DNA of 64,000 nucleotides from the human T2T-CHM13v2.0 reference genome, Homo sapiens: NCBI RefSeq assembly GCF_009914755.1, contig NC_060936.1. One strand, written 5' to 3'. Made by a program: the position numbers and the translations under genes. The notes under the pieces were generated by a model. The model did no database searches and was not told the origin of the DNA. It worked only from the letters and a program-made list of their open reading frames with translations. Shown here in pieces: positions 1 to 13,400 of this stretch. Within the stretch, counting starts at the first letter, position 1; each line of letters starts with the position of its first letter.

Positions 1-589
1 ATTTCATTTAAATTTAAATAGCCAGACATGGCTAGTCATTATTATACTGGACAGTACAGATCTAGATAAATCATTTTTATGCTACTGTTTCTTAAAATTA
101 CCTTTAGTATATAGTATTTTGTTAGCAAATTCCTTGAAGATTCCAAGTCTCTCTTGTTTGTTGCTGTATCTTTGATGCTTAGAGTTTGAGTTCAGTAAAT
201 AATTGTTTAAGAAACAGCTGAATACTTCAATCTTACGTTGACTCTGAAACGTAGATCTGCAGCCTCCTTGTCTTTCACAGAAACCTGTCTTATTTCAAAG
301 GAATATGTAAGCATTTCTCTTCTGAGGAGCCAGCCTTACAGAGCGGTAGAAAGAAGTCTTCTTATAAACAGGGACTTGGTTGTTTTGTTCACTGCTATAT
401 CTCTAGAAGTTAGACAAGGACCTATCTTATAGAAAGTTTCCAATAAATATTTATTGAATAAGAATGAATGAGCAGCCAATGTCCTATATAGGAAAACCTC
501 TCTCCTTGATTCCGTGGTGAATTATTTCTTTAAAGGTGATAATCAGTAGTTATAGCCAGCATATATTGATTGTTGCTCTACCAGTTGGT

Positions 590-775
590 TCCTCTGTGCT
601 CTTTCCCAGTCTTATCCCATTTAAACCTCTCATCAACCCTTCAAGGTGAGGAAACTGAGGCACAAAGAGGCTAAGTAACTTGCTCAAGTCATCACAGCTG
701 GTAAGAGCAGAGCCAAGGTTTGATTCAGGAAGCCTAAATTTCAAGCCCAGACCGAACTGTCTCATGACGATGAAT
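590..775 (-). mobile_element. MIR SINE fragment
   Basis: MIR core gaggaaactgaggcacaaagaggctaagtaacttgctcaagtcatcacagct in reverse orientation. Confidence 0.8.
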
Positions 776-2724
776 GCCAATGCATTACATTGTCTGGCCA
801 TGGTAAGCACTAAAAGTGCTTTCTTCCTTTTTTCTTTTTTTGCTCCTCTCTCTCATCTTTTCTCCGCTTTATCTTCCCAGTCTCATCCTAGGGCTCCACT
901 CTGCACATTTCAGAATTCAGTGTCCCAGTGGTGTAGCCCATTTCCTGTACTTCAGCTGGGAAAGGTGTATGATTTTATCCCCTTCCTCCTGTTCTCTCTG
1001 GCTGTATTATGAACACATGTTGCAAGGTCTCATGAAAGAGGGTGCATTCCAGAGTCCCCACTTTAGATTAGACAGAGCAAATATTTACTACCCCCATTCT
1101 AAGTTGAAATGAAGCGTATTGATCTTTCAATGATTCTTCTATCTCCTTCCATTTTCAAGTGTTTCCTGTGAATGTTAGAGGATGTCCTGCCACTCAGGAG
1201 CTATCATCTTTACCTTGACAGATCTAAATTTGGAGGGTGAGGAGTGAAATTGAGGGGTGGAGATAGCATAGAAAAAAAAATAAAAAGCTTAAATAGGTCA
1301 CAAAATTTTGGCCCAGGAAATTTACAAATCTCAAACAAGTTACGTAAATCAAAAGAAAGGAAACATTGTTTCAGCACATAATGGACTGATTGAGATAAAA
1401 GCCAAACAAATTGAGTGTCAAAGCATTTTATAAAACTTCTCTTCACTAAGGCCCCTTTAAAGGGAAAGTGTGTAGCTCCCTCGTTCTCTAGGTAGTGAAA
1501 CTCTGCCAACAAGCAGTCGCTCTGTCCAAATCTCTGAGCCCAGTTCAGCTTCCTGCCACCTAACAACTGGATTTCACACTCTGTTGGAATGAAATCTAGA
1601 AAAGAGAGACCATAAAATTCTGTATTATCCAGTGAAATGGCAGTGTTTTGAGTCCACAGCAGTGAAATCATTGCTTTGGGTTATCTGTTAATTCCTTTGG
1701 CTAAACATTAAGCCTGGAAAGTCATCAATTACAGAAGAGAAGGGGCTTTAGTGAGACATAAAAATAAATAGTAACAGAGAAGTTGAACAGGCATGAAGCA
1801 AAGCTCTCCAGAGCCTAGGATGCTGCTTCTATGTAGTAGCCAACTCTGGCCTGTAAAATCCAGTAATCAATTGTATGAGATGTGGAGGAAATACCAGGCC
1901 AAGGATTCATCAATGCCATGTGTATATTGCCACGTAAGAGTCAACAGTTTGGGAAGTGGATGAAACTATTTTCTGGCTGGACTGGCTTGTGGACAAAAAC
2001 TTTTTGTTCAAGTTGGACTATTCAAGGAGGGAAAGATCACCTTTTAGACTTCCCCTTGTGATGATGGGCTCAGAAAGACTGTGAGTTCGTGGATTTGGCA
2101 CATGAGAGGTTTATCCTTCATGCCTTCCTACTAGCTACCTCAAGACTAAAGCACTCCACAATTTGAGCAATAGAACCAAGGAGACACAAACACTTCCTGG
2201 CAGGAACTTCTAGGCTTTTTCAAACTCTCCAGAGATCATAGGAGGAAGGGAACATGAGAGAGTAGTGGAGCCGTCCAAGAATGTGTTAAAGGGGCCTCAA
2301 AGTTCAGCATGAAAAAAATGTTAAGGGTGACAATTAACTAAGAGGAAAATGAGTTCCAGAATCCATGAACTACTCATTGAACTAAAACTGGTTTGTTCTC
2401 TTGGAGCTAATGACTAGAGGATAATCTAGGAAGTCAGAACATATTGTGATTCTATATCTACTCCTGATAGAAATTATTACATAGAATTTGAGTTCAAATT
2501 CTCTCATATCTTATTGCTTTCTGTATAGTTAGCTGATGCAGCTGTGATAGGGAGCAATGAGGTAAGGATAAAAATGCAGCTTCTCCAGAAGCTGTTTTGC
2601 TTATTGAAGCCATGGAACATGTGAACTGGAAGGGTCATTAGAGATATTCTAGCATTCTGTTCTCATAACTGAGAGCCAAAGAGAACAAATAACTTTCCTG
2701 AAGTCACACATTAAAGAGTAATAA

Positions 2725-4630
2725 AACAGGACTTCTGGATTCTGCTTAGGTAGTAGGAAGCTGGAAAGAGCATCATTCTCACTCTAACAACAACAAAAAA
2801 TGCCAACTTAAAATTCATAACTTTTCTTGAACCTGTCAGAGGACAGAGGTCACAGGCAATCAATTCATCTTAAATCTGAACAGACACCCGGTGCCTCCCA
2901 GGAGAAATGAGTCTCAGGCACTGGCTATAGGGGCAGATCCTATTGGTAAGTAGAAGTTGGCTAAAATTTTGAACTAAAGGCTGAATATGGACTAGATAGA
3001 ATGACTAGAATATCAGGGGGCCACAGACACAATGGAAATTCATGGCCACTTAGGCTCTTCTCCACAGACTCCATCAAGTGCTCACAAAAAGATTGGAGGC
3101 AGGATGAGAGTTCTGAGAAACCTTCGTCACGGTACAGATCTGGGAAAGAGGAACAGTTGCCACTGTAGAAAAGGCACAAGTCCTTTCCCTCTGTCTCTCA
3201 TGTGGAGTAAGTTCTTAAGTCACTACACTGTTGCTTTTAGGGCACTGGAGAAACCCGTTACAACTGTGAAAAAGGGACTGCAAAAAAAACCTCTCATTCT
3301 GGGGGAGGGGCAAAATGTCATCTGAGAGTGGGGTAGGATTATGTACCAGAAACCCAGGAATATAGTGCCTACCTAAGACTGAGAATTAAGCAGAACAACT
3401 GAGATTCCCTTCTTTCCCATTCTACTCCCACCCATCAAACTAGGCTAACAAATACCAATTAACCAATAATAGCACTGAGATGCAGTGAAAAGGAAGACCT
3501 AAAGCTGAGTGTGAAACAGACATTCAGAAAACATTCAGCAAACCTGCAGCCACCCTAAACACCAGAGAATACTAGAGAAATTTTTTTTTAAATAGTATTT
3601 ATTGAACATTCTTGCGTGTTTCTCGGAGAGGGGGATGTGGCAGGGTCATAGGATAATAGTGGAGAGAAGGTCAGCAGATAAGCACGTGAACAAAGGTCTC
3701 TGGTTTTCCTAGGCAGAGGTCCCTGTGGCCTTCCGCAGTGTTTGTGTCCCTGGGTACTTGAGATTAGGGAGTGGTGATGACTCTTAAGGAGCATGCTGCC
3801 TTCAAGCATTTGTTTAACAAAGCACATCTTGCACCTCCCTTAATCCATTTAACCCTGAGTTGACACAGCACATGTTTCAGAGAGAACGGGGTTGGGGGTA
3901 AGGTTATCGATTAACAGCATCCCAAGGCAGAAGAATTTTTCTTAGTACAGAACAAAATGGAGTCTCCTATGTCTACTTCTTTCTGCACAGACACAGTAAC
4001 AATCTGATCTCTACTAGAGAAATTTAAAGCTTGTGCCACATTGAGGGTAACTGTAGCAACAAGTCGCAAACTCAGCTCAAATCCTGACTGGATTGATTTA
4101 GCCCTCTCTTGCAGAAGAAAATGCATGCCCCTACACAGGCCTAAAACCTGCAGAAGGAAAAGAAGGCACAAAAACAGTAGGGACTAGTAGACTGGTAACC
4201 TTTGTCTCTACTATCCTATATAAGATGTCTAGCTTTCAGCAAAAAATTACAAGGCAAACAAAGAGCAAAATAACCCAACACTGTTAAGAGAAACAAAGTA
4301 ATCAACAGCACCAGGCTTAGATATGACACAAATGTTAGAACTGTTAGACAGAGATTTTTAAAAGGTGGACAATATGCATCAAAAGATGGCTAAATTCAGC
4401 ATGGAGATAGAAACAATAAGAAAAAATCAGTGGAAATACATGAAAATAAATGAAAAACAGCAACAGAAGTGAAGTTTTTTGTTGGGCTCATCCATAAACT
4501 TGAAACATCTGGGAAAGAATTAGTGAATTAGGTCAATAGAAATGACTCAGATTGAAACACAAAGAGAAATAAGGGAATAAATAGAATAGAGTATTTAGGA
4601 GCTGTGGGGCAATATCAAACGGTCTTACAA
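2725..4630 (+). mobile_element. Ancient L1M 5'UTR/ORF1 remnant, interrupted by an SVA
   Basis: L1M-like 5' end (gacttctgg...ggaagctggaaagagc) and an A-rich degenerate ORF1-like tract at 4230-4630. Confidence 0.6.
3584..4011 (-). mobile_element. 5'-truncated SVA (SINE-R/HERV-K LTR-derived 3' end plus poly-A)
   Basis: Diagnostic SINE-R sequence (ggccttccgcagtgtttgtgtccctgggtacttgagattagggagtggtgatgactcttaaggagcatgctgcc), poly-T tract, and a 14-bp TSD tactagagaaattt at 3570-3583 and 4012-4025. Confidence 0.92.
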
Positions 4631-5468
4631 TGACCTGATAACAATGACCTGAACATGGACTTTTGGCAGTATTTGACACAATTGGTTGCTCCTTTTTCTT
4701 GACAAACTTCCTTCACCTGGTTTTGAGCACCCAACATCCTCTCCATTTTCTTTGTTCTTCACTGGTTGCTTCATTTCAGTCTACTTTACAGATTCCTCCT
4801 TTTCTTGTAACCTCAAAAATTGGAGTGATCCAGAACTCAAATCTTGGTTTCTTCTCCCTTCTACAGCCACTCCTTTGCTGATCTCATCTAGTCTCATGGC
4901 TTTAAATGCCTCTTACCTTCTGATGATTCTCATAATTATATCTCCAGCCCAGATCTCCTTCCTGAACTCCACACCCATATCAAGCAGCTTATTGGCATAT
5001 CCTCTTGAATGTCTAGTAGACATCTCAAAATTGATAAGCGTCAAATGAACTCTTATGTCTTACCCATAAAGCTTTTCCTCCTGTAGTCTTCCCAAAGTCC
5101 ATTTAGGGGATCCATTCTTCCAGTTGCTCAGGGTAAAATCCTTGGCATTATACTTGATGTCATTCATCCTCTCATATCCCACATCCTAACTTTCAGGAAA
5201 TCCCACTGACCTTACTTTCTAAATATATCCTGAATTTGACTCTCATTATCACCTCTACTGCTCCCATTCTGGACCTAGTCACTATCACTTTCTACCTGGA
5301 TTATTGAAACATCCTCCTAACAAGTTTCCCTGCTTTTCACTCTCATCCTCACCCCATTTCAGTCTAAGCTCCACATAGCAGACAGAGTGATCATTTAAAA
5401 CATAAATCAAATTATGCACTCCTCTGTTCAAAACTATCCAGTGGCTCCTCATATTCAAAGTAGAAGCC

Positions 5469-5852
5469 TGATATGGGCTGAATTATGCCCTCTCACCTCA
5501 CATTCATATGTTGAAGTCCTAACCCCCAGCACTTCAGAATCTGTCTGTATTTTAAAGAGGTAATTAAGATGAAATGAGTCCAGATGGGTGGACTGTAATC
5601 TAATGTAACTGGTGTCCTTATAGGAAGAGGAGATTAGGATGCAGATGACATGTAGACCTACGAATGATCATGTGAACACACAGCGAGAAGGCAGCCATCT
5701 GCAAGCCAAGGAGAGAGGCTCAGTAGAAACCAAGTCTACTAACACCTTGATCTTGGATTGCTAGTCTCCAGGACTGTGAGAATATAACTTTCTGTGGTTT
5801 AAGCCATCCAGTCTGTGATACTTTGTTACAGCAGCACTAGAAAACGAATGCA
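5469..5852 (+). mobile_element. MaLR solo LTR (MLT1B-like)
   Basis: Begins tgatatgggctgaatt, contains cattcatatgttgaagtcctaacccccag and gccatctgcaagccaaggagagagg, ends aacgaatgca. Confidence 0.85.
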
Positions 5853-6146
5853 AGACCCAGATCCTTTCATTACAAAATCTACTTGATTTGGTCCCTGGTT
5901 TCACCTCTCATCTCATTTTCTATTCCTCTTCCTCTCTTTCATGTGGCTCCAGCCATGCTGTTTGATGGGCATGCCAGGCAGGCACACTCTTGCCTTAGGG
6001 CTTTTACCTAGGCTGTTCCTGCTGCCTTGACTGCTGTTCCCCCAAATATATAAGGGACAAAGTCATTCTCTTCTTTCAAGTCTTTGCTCAGATGTGACTT
6101 TCTTAATAAAACCTATCATGAAAACCCCATTTAAAACTTCAATCTC

Positions 6147-6508
<362 letters not shown>

Positions 6509-6897
6509 TTACCTTCTAACTTATGTATCATTTACTTATTATGTTTATTGTTGTGCTCAAAATTTCTTTCACTTCTTTAGATTCACTCTTCACCCTTATC
6601 ATCTCTGTCCTGTGTTCTGGGAAGCTGACATCTATGGTGTATATCAACAAATCTCCCTTGCTCTCTGGCTTCTAGTTGTGTTCAGCTATAGGTGACACTG
6701 TCAAAATGTTGCATGTGGGGAAGAAAGAGAGTTTGGTGTATTTCCCTAAATTGGTCTGTCAAAGAAGACTAGACTGCTCAGCACAGTGTCACCAAGCAGA
6801 GAAAACTCCTGATCTTACATAGGGCTCAACTTGAGGTAAGGAACTCAAGATTGGCACATTTTCAGAGGCTCAAATGGCTGACATCATCTGTAGAAAC

Positions 6898-7137
6898 TTT
6901 TTTTTTATTATTATACTTCAAGTTTTAGGGTACATGTGCACAACGTGCAGCTTTGTTACATATGTAACATGTGCCATGTTATACACCCATTAACTCGTCA
7001 TTTAGCATTAGGTATATCTCCTAATGCTATCCCTCCCCACTCCCCCCACCCCACAACAGTCCCCGGTGTGTGATGTTCCCCTTCCTGTGTCCATGTGTTC
7101 TCATTGTTCAATTCCCACTTATGAGTGAGAACATGCA
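6898..7137 (-). mobile_element. 5'-truncated L1PA 3'UTR fragment
   Basis: ttattatacttcaagttttagggtacatgtgcacaacgtgcag...gagtgagaacatgc, the L1PA 3' end with its G-tract. Confidence 0.92.
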
Positions 7138-9065
7138 TTGTTAGTAGGCAAGGCTGTTGTTGATTGGTTGAATCTCAGAGGCATGTTTATTGGAGTGTGT
7201 CTGTCCCTGTTTGCCTGACTTTCAGAATGAGGGCCTGACAGTAGTTGGCTTGCAAAAAGCACATTCACTGAAGTGAGTTTTTGTTGATCATTTGAGCAGT
7301 CTTAAAAATGGGTTCTGGTGGCTACTTATTACCAGGGCTTCAAAAATCAGTCTTTTCCTAAGTTTGTGGGAACTTTTCAATTATCATCTCCCTGCCATAC
7401 TGTGGTTTGCTCATTTGAGCCTCTGTGGTGATGATTTCCTCTGGTTGCTAGCATGGGCATGTTTTATTACATCTAACAGTCATCGAATTATGTGCATTCA
7501 TGCCTGTTAAGTGTGTCATCTATTTCCTAGAAGGGATCCTGATATGTCCTTTGTCTTTCTCTTCTTGAGAGAGTGTAAGCTGTAGCTTATATTGAGCAGG
7601 GATTTTGACACCCTGTTTTGTTCATTGATATTTCCAAGTGGCTAGAGTAGTGTCTGGCATGCCCAATAAATATCAATTGTTTGACTGATATGCCGATTCT
7701 AGAATTCTTTTTCTTGCTTTCTTTCTTTAATTACCTGCAAGTGTTGCACATCCTTTTATTTCTAATTGTTCTTTCTCTTATTCATCTGTTCTGATTCCAT
7801 TTCTGGCTATTCTTGGTTCAAATTCCTTGTTTTTTTAATAGCTATTATGAATTCCACTATCTCTTTGAGGACCACAAATATACTTATATTAAAGTTGTTT
7901 TTGTATACTTCCACTTTTATTTTGCCTGGATGGATTTTATCTCCTGCTTGTAGGTTTTAACTGGTTATTAGTTTTCTTCATGTGTTTTGGAATTTTGGCA
8001 TGCAGGTTCATTTTGCATTGTTGTTTTCCTCTTTCTTTTTATTCCTTGGTCTTGCTTTCTTTCTGGGCTAATCCTACCCTCAGTAGTCATTTTGTGGTTG
8101 CCTAATACAGATGTGATTGCTAATATAGAGCCAGGTCTTATGTTGAGGGCTTGGGCTCCAGCCCTGTGGTGATACTAAAGAGAGAGTAAATCCTATCACC
8201 AAGGAAGTAGGGAAGTTGGTCCTGGGTTTGGGACTACATCTTCATTCTTTCACTGCCATTGGTAAGTGACTATAAGTAAGGAATAGAAACAGAAAGTGAT
8301 TAATGGAAACATTTTTAGTCTTTTTTTTTTGGCAGAAAATCTTGCTCCAGTCCCTAGATTTGAGCAGTAAACTCATCTCAGGTCCCATTGGATTGACAGC
8401 TTCATCCAACTTCTTGGTTTGTGTTTCTGTTTTGTCTATGGCTCACAAAAATGTTTATATTCTATTTGAATTTGGATAGGCCTTCTCTATTTTCTCTTTT
8501 TATATTTCATCAATCATTGCTTTGTGATGAGAGTAAAGGAAGGTGCCTTAAAGTATAGATTTCTAACATATATTGACTGGAAGTCAAATATCTTCCCATG
8601 GCATAATTTTTAATTGGAGTATGATATTTCATTGGGACAATTGCAAGTTAAATGTTGTAGACTGAACATATACATTTACTTCTACTTACTCCCCAAATGA
8701 TGGGGAGTATGATGGGCAGCATGATGGTTATGATCCATTTATGAATGCACACTGCTTATACTCCTACTCTGATTTCTTCATAAAATGTGCTTACATATTT
8801 TGTTTATTTTCTCCTTCTGCTAGAATATAAATTCCATGAAGGCAGGGATTTTGACAGTTTTATTCATGTCTGCATTCTCTGCATTCTCAGCACCTAGGAC
8901 AGGGCCTGGCATGATAGTAGGTCCATAAACACTGGTTATATAACAGATGAATGAATAAAGATATACAGAAGCAAAACCCACAACAATAAAAATCAAGGCA
9001 TAAACAACTGCTGGCAAGAGAATTCAGCATCTTGGGCACTGAAAAATTGACCAATCAGAAGTAAC

Positions 9066-9560
9066 CGTGATAGATTGCAACAATAACCATCGTTCTCACC
9101 TCCCTTCATCTATGCCGATTGTAATGTGACTTTGCAGATCCTTCCATTAAGAAGTAGAGTATATTTCTCATTTTTTGAATGTGGACTGTACTTGTCATTT
9201 GCTTTGACCAATAGAAATGGACAGAAGTAAATATTACCAGATCAAGCCTAGACCTCAAAAGGCCTGTTTATTTCTGCTTTGAATCTAGGGAGCCCTGCCT
9301 CTGCCATGAATAATCCTGGGCTAGTATGATGAAGGATGGGAGAACATGTAACCAGCAGCGAATCAGCCCAATTGTACCAGTCAAAACTGCAAGAATGTGG
9401 GTGAACTCTGCCAAGATGGGCACACCTGCCTTCCAGGCTTGTACCTGACTGCAGGTGCCTGAAGGAGCCCAGCTAAAAGCAGAAGAACCACGCAGTTGAA
9501 CTGTAGAATCCTGAGTAATCAGAAATGATTGTTGGGACATGAGTTTTGAGGGGTACAACA
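9066..9560 (+). mobile_element. MaLR LTR (MLT1G/H-like)
   Basis: gtaatgtgactttgcagatccttccattaagaag...tttgctttgaccaatagaa...aaatgattgttg motifs. Confidence 0.7.
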
Positions 9561-9599
9561 GTTCACTTAGAAAACTAGGAAAGGCCAAAGACTAAGCCC

Positions 9600-10480
9600 A
9601 TAGTGGGGAAGCCAGTAAAGTCAGCTGATTCTTTCTGACAAATTCCCCTGTAGAATCAGAGCTACCAAGTTTCACTGGAGTTAGAGATACATGGCTCAGG
9701 TTTTAACAAGGATTCAGAATACTAGATCATCTTCCCATCCAATGCATACAAACAACTGTTTCTTTCCCACCTTGGCATAAGATGGGAAGTTTACTTTCTG
9801 GAGAGACCTTTGGGTTCAGGTACACTAGGGCTAAGGGGTGGTGTGGAATCATACTAAAATTGGGAACAATGAAAAGTCACCAAGCTTAATGGCACAATTC
9901 TGAGTCCCTACCTTGGCTTCCAGGATAATAGCAGCCAGGATTAAACCTCTAACCAGGATATTGGAGGGAAATCTGACCTGTCCAAGGAAAGGAATTTACA
10001 CATATGACTAGGTGCCACCCAATGACCCTTCAATAAAGTGTACCAATGGGCAAGCTCCATCCCCACACCCAGAGGTCTTCTAATCAGTATTTAAACAAGA
10101 ACTTTTAGTCAAGGATTATCAGTTATGTGAGGAAAGTCCTTAACATAAAATTCAGAAACCAAAACAAACAGAAAAACAGAACACAGACAAAATAGAGATA
10201 ATGAAGGGAGCAAAAGAAAACTTAAAAAACACCCAAGTTAATATTTAACAGATAGATAAAATATTGTATCTTTGAAACAAGACAAGGATGCTGTTTATAA
10301 AGGAATAATCAGAGAACAAGAATAAGCTTTTGGAAATAAAATATCTCACCTAGAAATAAAAAATGTAACAGAGGAATTGAAAGGTAGAGTTGAAGAAATC
10401 TTCCCAAAAAGTAGAACAAAAAGACAAAGAGATGAGATCATGGAAAAAAGTCAAGAGGCTAAAAATAGCATTCTATAACG
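9600..10480 (+). mobile_element. Old L1M/HAL1-like ORF1 remnant
   Basis: A-rich, ORF1-like degenerate tract (aggaataatcagagaacaag...gttgaagaaatcttccc). Confidence 0.45.
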
Positions 10481-13400
10481 TCAAAATCTATTTAATTCAC
10501 ATTTTTATGGCTTAATATTAAAACCATTTCTGATCTTTTCAATTATCAACATTTCTTTCCATGAACGTCCTTGAAACTAAATTTTGGTTCATGCCACGGT
10601 TATTTCCTCGGGACAAAAATCCAGAATAGATTTACTAGATTAAATAAACATATAAACATTGTAAAGCCTTTTGATATGTATTGCCAACCAGAAAGATTGT
10701 CTCAGTTTATAATGCCAGCATTTGGGAATAATTGTTCGTGAATTTTTCTTAAATTCAATCTTCCTTGTCTCAATCTATCTGGTAATGGATTCCCATCACA
10801 TCCATAATAGGAAATTGGCAGTTGTAATTTACTTTTATTTCCCAACAAGATTAAGCAAATTATCATTGTATAACATCTTGAATTGTTTGGGGACATTCTT
10901 CTGTGTTCTGTAGATTAAAAGCCCTGAGCTGAGTGAGAATTCAGATAAATCTGTATTACTTGGATTAAAAAAACTCTGTGACATCCAGCTTGCTACTGTC
11001 ATCATTGCTGGTTTGGTATTTATTGACTTTTATATTCCTTCAGAAAGAACATATTGTGGACTTCTCTTCTTATCAGGTTCCTGTCACAAGTATCTCATTT
11101 CCCATAGATTGAGTTCTTACCAGCCTAGGTTAGAAAAAAGGAGTCTAGATTAGGCAAAAGAAAAAGGCGAAGCAGTGAAGAGAAGCAAACTCCCTTCACT
11201 TCCAGGTATTTGGTTTCCTTGGTGACTTTCATGGAAAAAAAAACCCAACTGAATGGATGTGAAAGGCACAACTCACCAACAGAATCTGGTCCCTGTGACA
11301 TCAAAACAATCAGAAACTTTTAACCCAATAAATTTAACATAAGGTAAACCTGGAAGAACCAATATTAATGGCCTCGTCCAAGTAAGAAAACTGAGGCCCT
11401 CAGATAAAGTGACTTTGTTAGTGGTTTTGTAGATTCAGAGAAGAGTTCCTATATAAATTATGTATTGGTTACCATGTTTGAGCTCAAAAACAAATCTCTA
11501 TGATATTAGATTAGTAGGTGATATTTTCCAGGACAGAGAAATAGGACACAGATTATGTAAAAGGCTCGGTTGTTCAGGGGACAAATTTGAAGATAACTTT
11601 TCATCACTATTGGACCAAATGGCGACTTTAGAGCACCTGAAACAAAACAAAGCACAAAATCCCCCAAATCCATACACATGAATAGCAAAAAAGAAACAAA
11701 AGGTCTTACCAACACAAAGCTTCAACATTGTTAAATGATGCTCCTTGATCTTGAAAATACCAGTTGCTTGAAATGTCGTTCTTTTAGGTACATACTGTTC
11801 CTCATTGCCATTCTTCTTTCAGCTTGCATCTTTCCAGCTTCCATTTCCACCATCTGCCAAAACTGCTCTCATCAAGATCATCACCAACTTCTATGCTGCC
11901 AGATCCTACATATTTCTTTCTCAACTTATTTTTGAATACATAGGCTTATTTTTGTTAATTCTGGTCTAATCTACAGCCCTTTAAAGATAGTACAGGTTAA
12001 CTGTGCATACTAATGAATCTCTTAATTCAAGTTTGTGGGATTTGGTATTGGTTGTTTATAAGTGATGAAATTTTACCCTCTTAGATGCAGTAAATGATAT
12101 AAAACTTTCCTTTTCTTCCTTCCTTCCCTTCCTGACTTCCTGCCTGCCTTCTTCTCCATCCTCCCTCCCCTCTTCACTGCTTTCCTCCTTTTCTAATTTC
12201 TCTAAATTTTCATGGAGCAGAACATTTTATTAAATAGACTCCCACTATCGCCTTTGTTATCCTTAGCACTGCTAAGGTATACTCATAGTTGGGCTGGACC
12301 AAATGTAGGCTTTAAAATTGGATCAACTCCATCCTCATTCAATATTATCTCTTTTAGGTTGAGATTGTATCACATGTATGGAGCTGTAATGGAAAAGAAC
12401 ATTTTCATCTACTGCTGTCAGTAAGCACCTTATATTCATATCTGGTTCACTCAGGTTAAGGCAAAACTGTTAAGTCAATTAAAAAAATTAAAACTGATCT
12501 AAGACAGGTATATAATTAAAATTTTTTTCCACTGTAGTATTGCAGAAACTATATTGGATTTGAAATCAAGCCATCTGATTTGAGGAATAGTTCCATCCCA
12601 TAATGGACATATAATCTTCAGTAAGTTACTTGACTTCTTTAAAACTTGGATTTCTCTTCTTTAAATTGGGGCCATGTGACTTCAGAAATATGAATAGAAC
12701 TGAAGCATTTGAGAGCTTGTGCATAATTCTCCAATCGCCTGCCATGTGACTATTGATGTTCCAGGTGGCAGAGTCTCCATCAGCCTGTGTCCCTGAGTGA
12801 TGGTACTACAATGGACATGTAAGAGAATCCTGTGTGCCATTAGCAAGAAGCTAGCTTTTTAATGTTAGATCACTGAATTTTGGGGGTTATGTGTTACTGT
12901 GACATAACCTTGCCTATACTAGCTAATATAAAGAGAAGAAAAGAAATAAGGCAGAAACTGGAAGAAAATGTAAGTCTTAAAGAGGATAATTTTTGGATGA
13001 AGAAAGTTGAACCTACTTACAGGCTGAAGAGATGGAGCTAATAGAGAAGGACACATTGAATCTATGGGAGAGAGTATGGGAGATCACTGAATGATCAACG
13101 TCCAGAGAGGCAGGCTGGCTTTAAACAGGAGGAGAGAGACTTCACCTCTGAGGCTGGATGAAAAGAAGTAAGGATGAGAGGATGGAGATGCTTGTAGATT
13201 GTGGGGTGAGATGTTGAGGAAACTCACCCTGATCACTCATTTTTTTTGGTTAAGCATTAGGTAAGCTTATCTGCTAAGAGGTGGGAAGATGTGACTTGGA
13301 TAAAAAGAACTAGAGGAAGTTGGGCCAGTAAAGATTTGAAATGGTTGCTAATGAGAATGAGAAAGGTAGCTGACCAAGGACAAATAAAGATCCTGTCCAT

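Noticed and set aside
4627-4652. acaatgacctga duplicated at the L1M/L2 junction
   Set aside because: A short junctional duplication with no functional implication that I can support.
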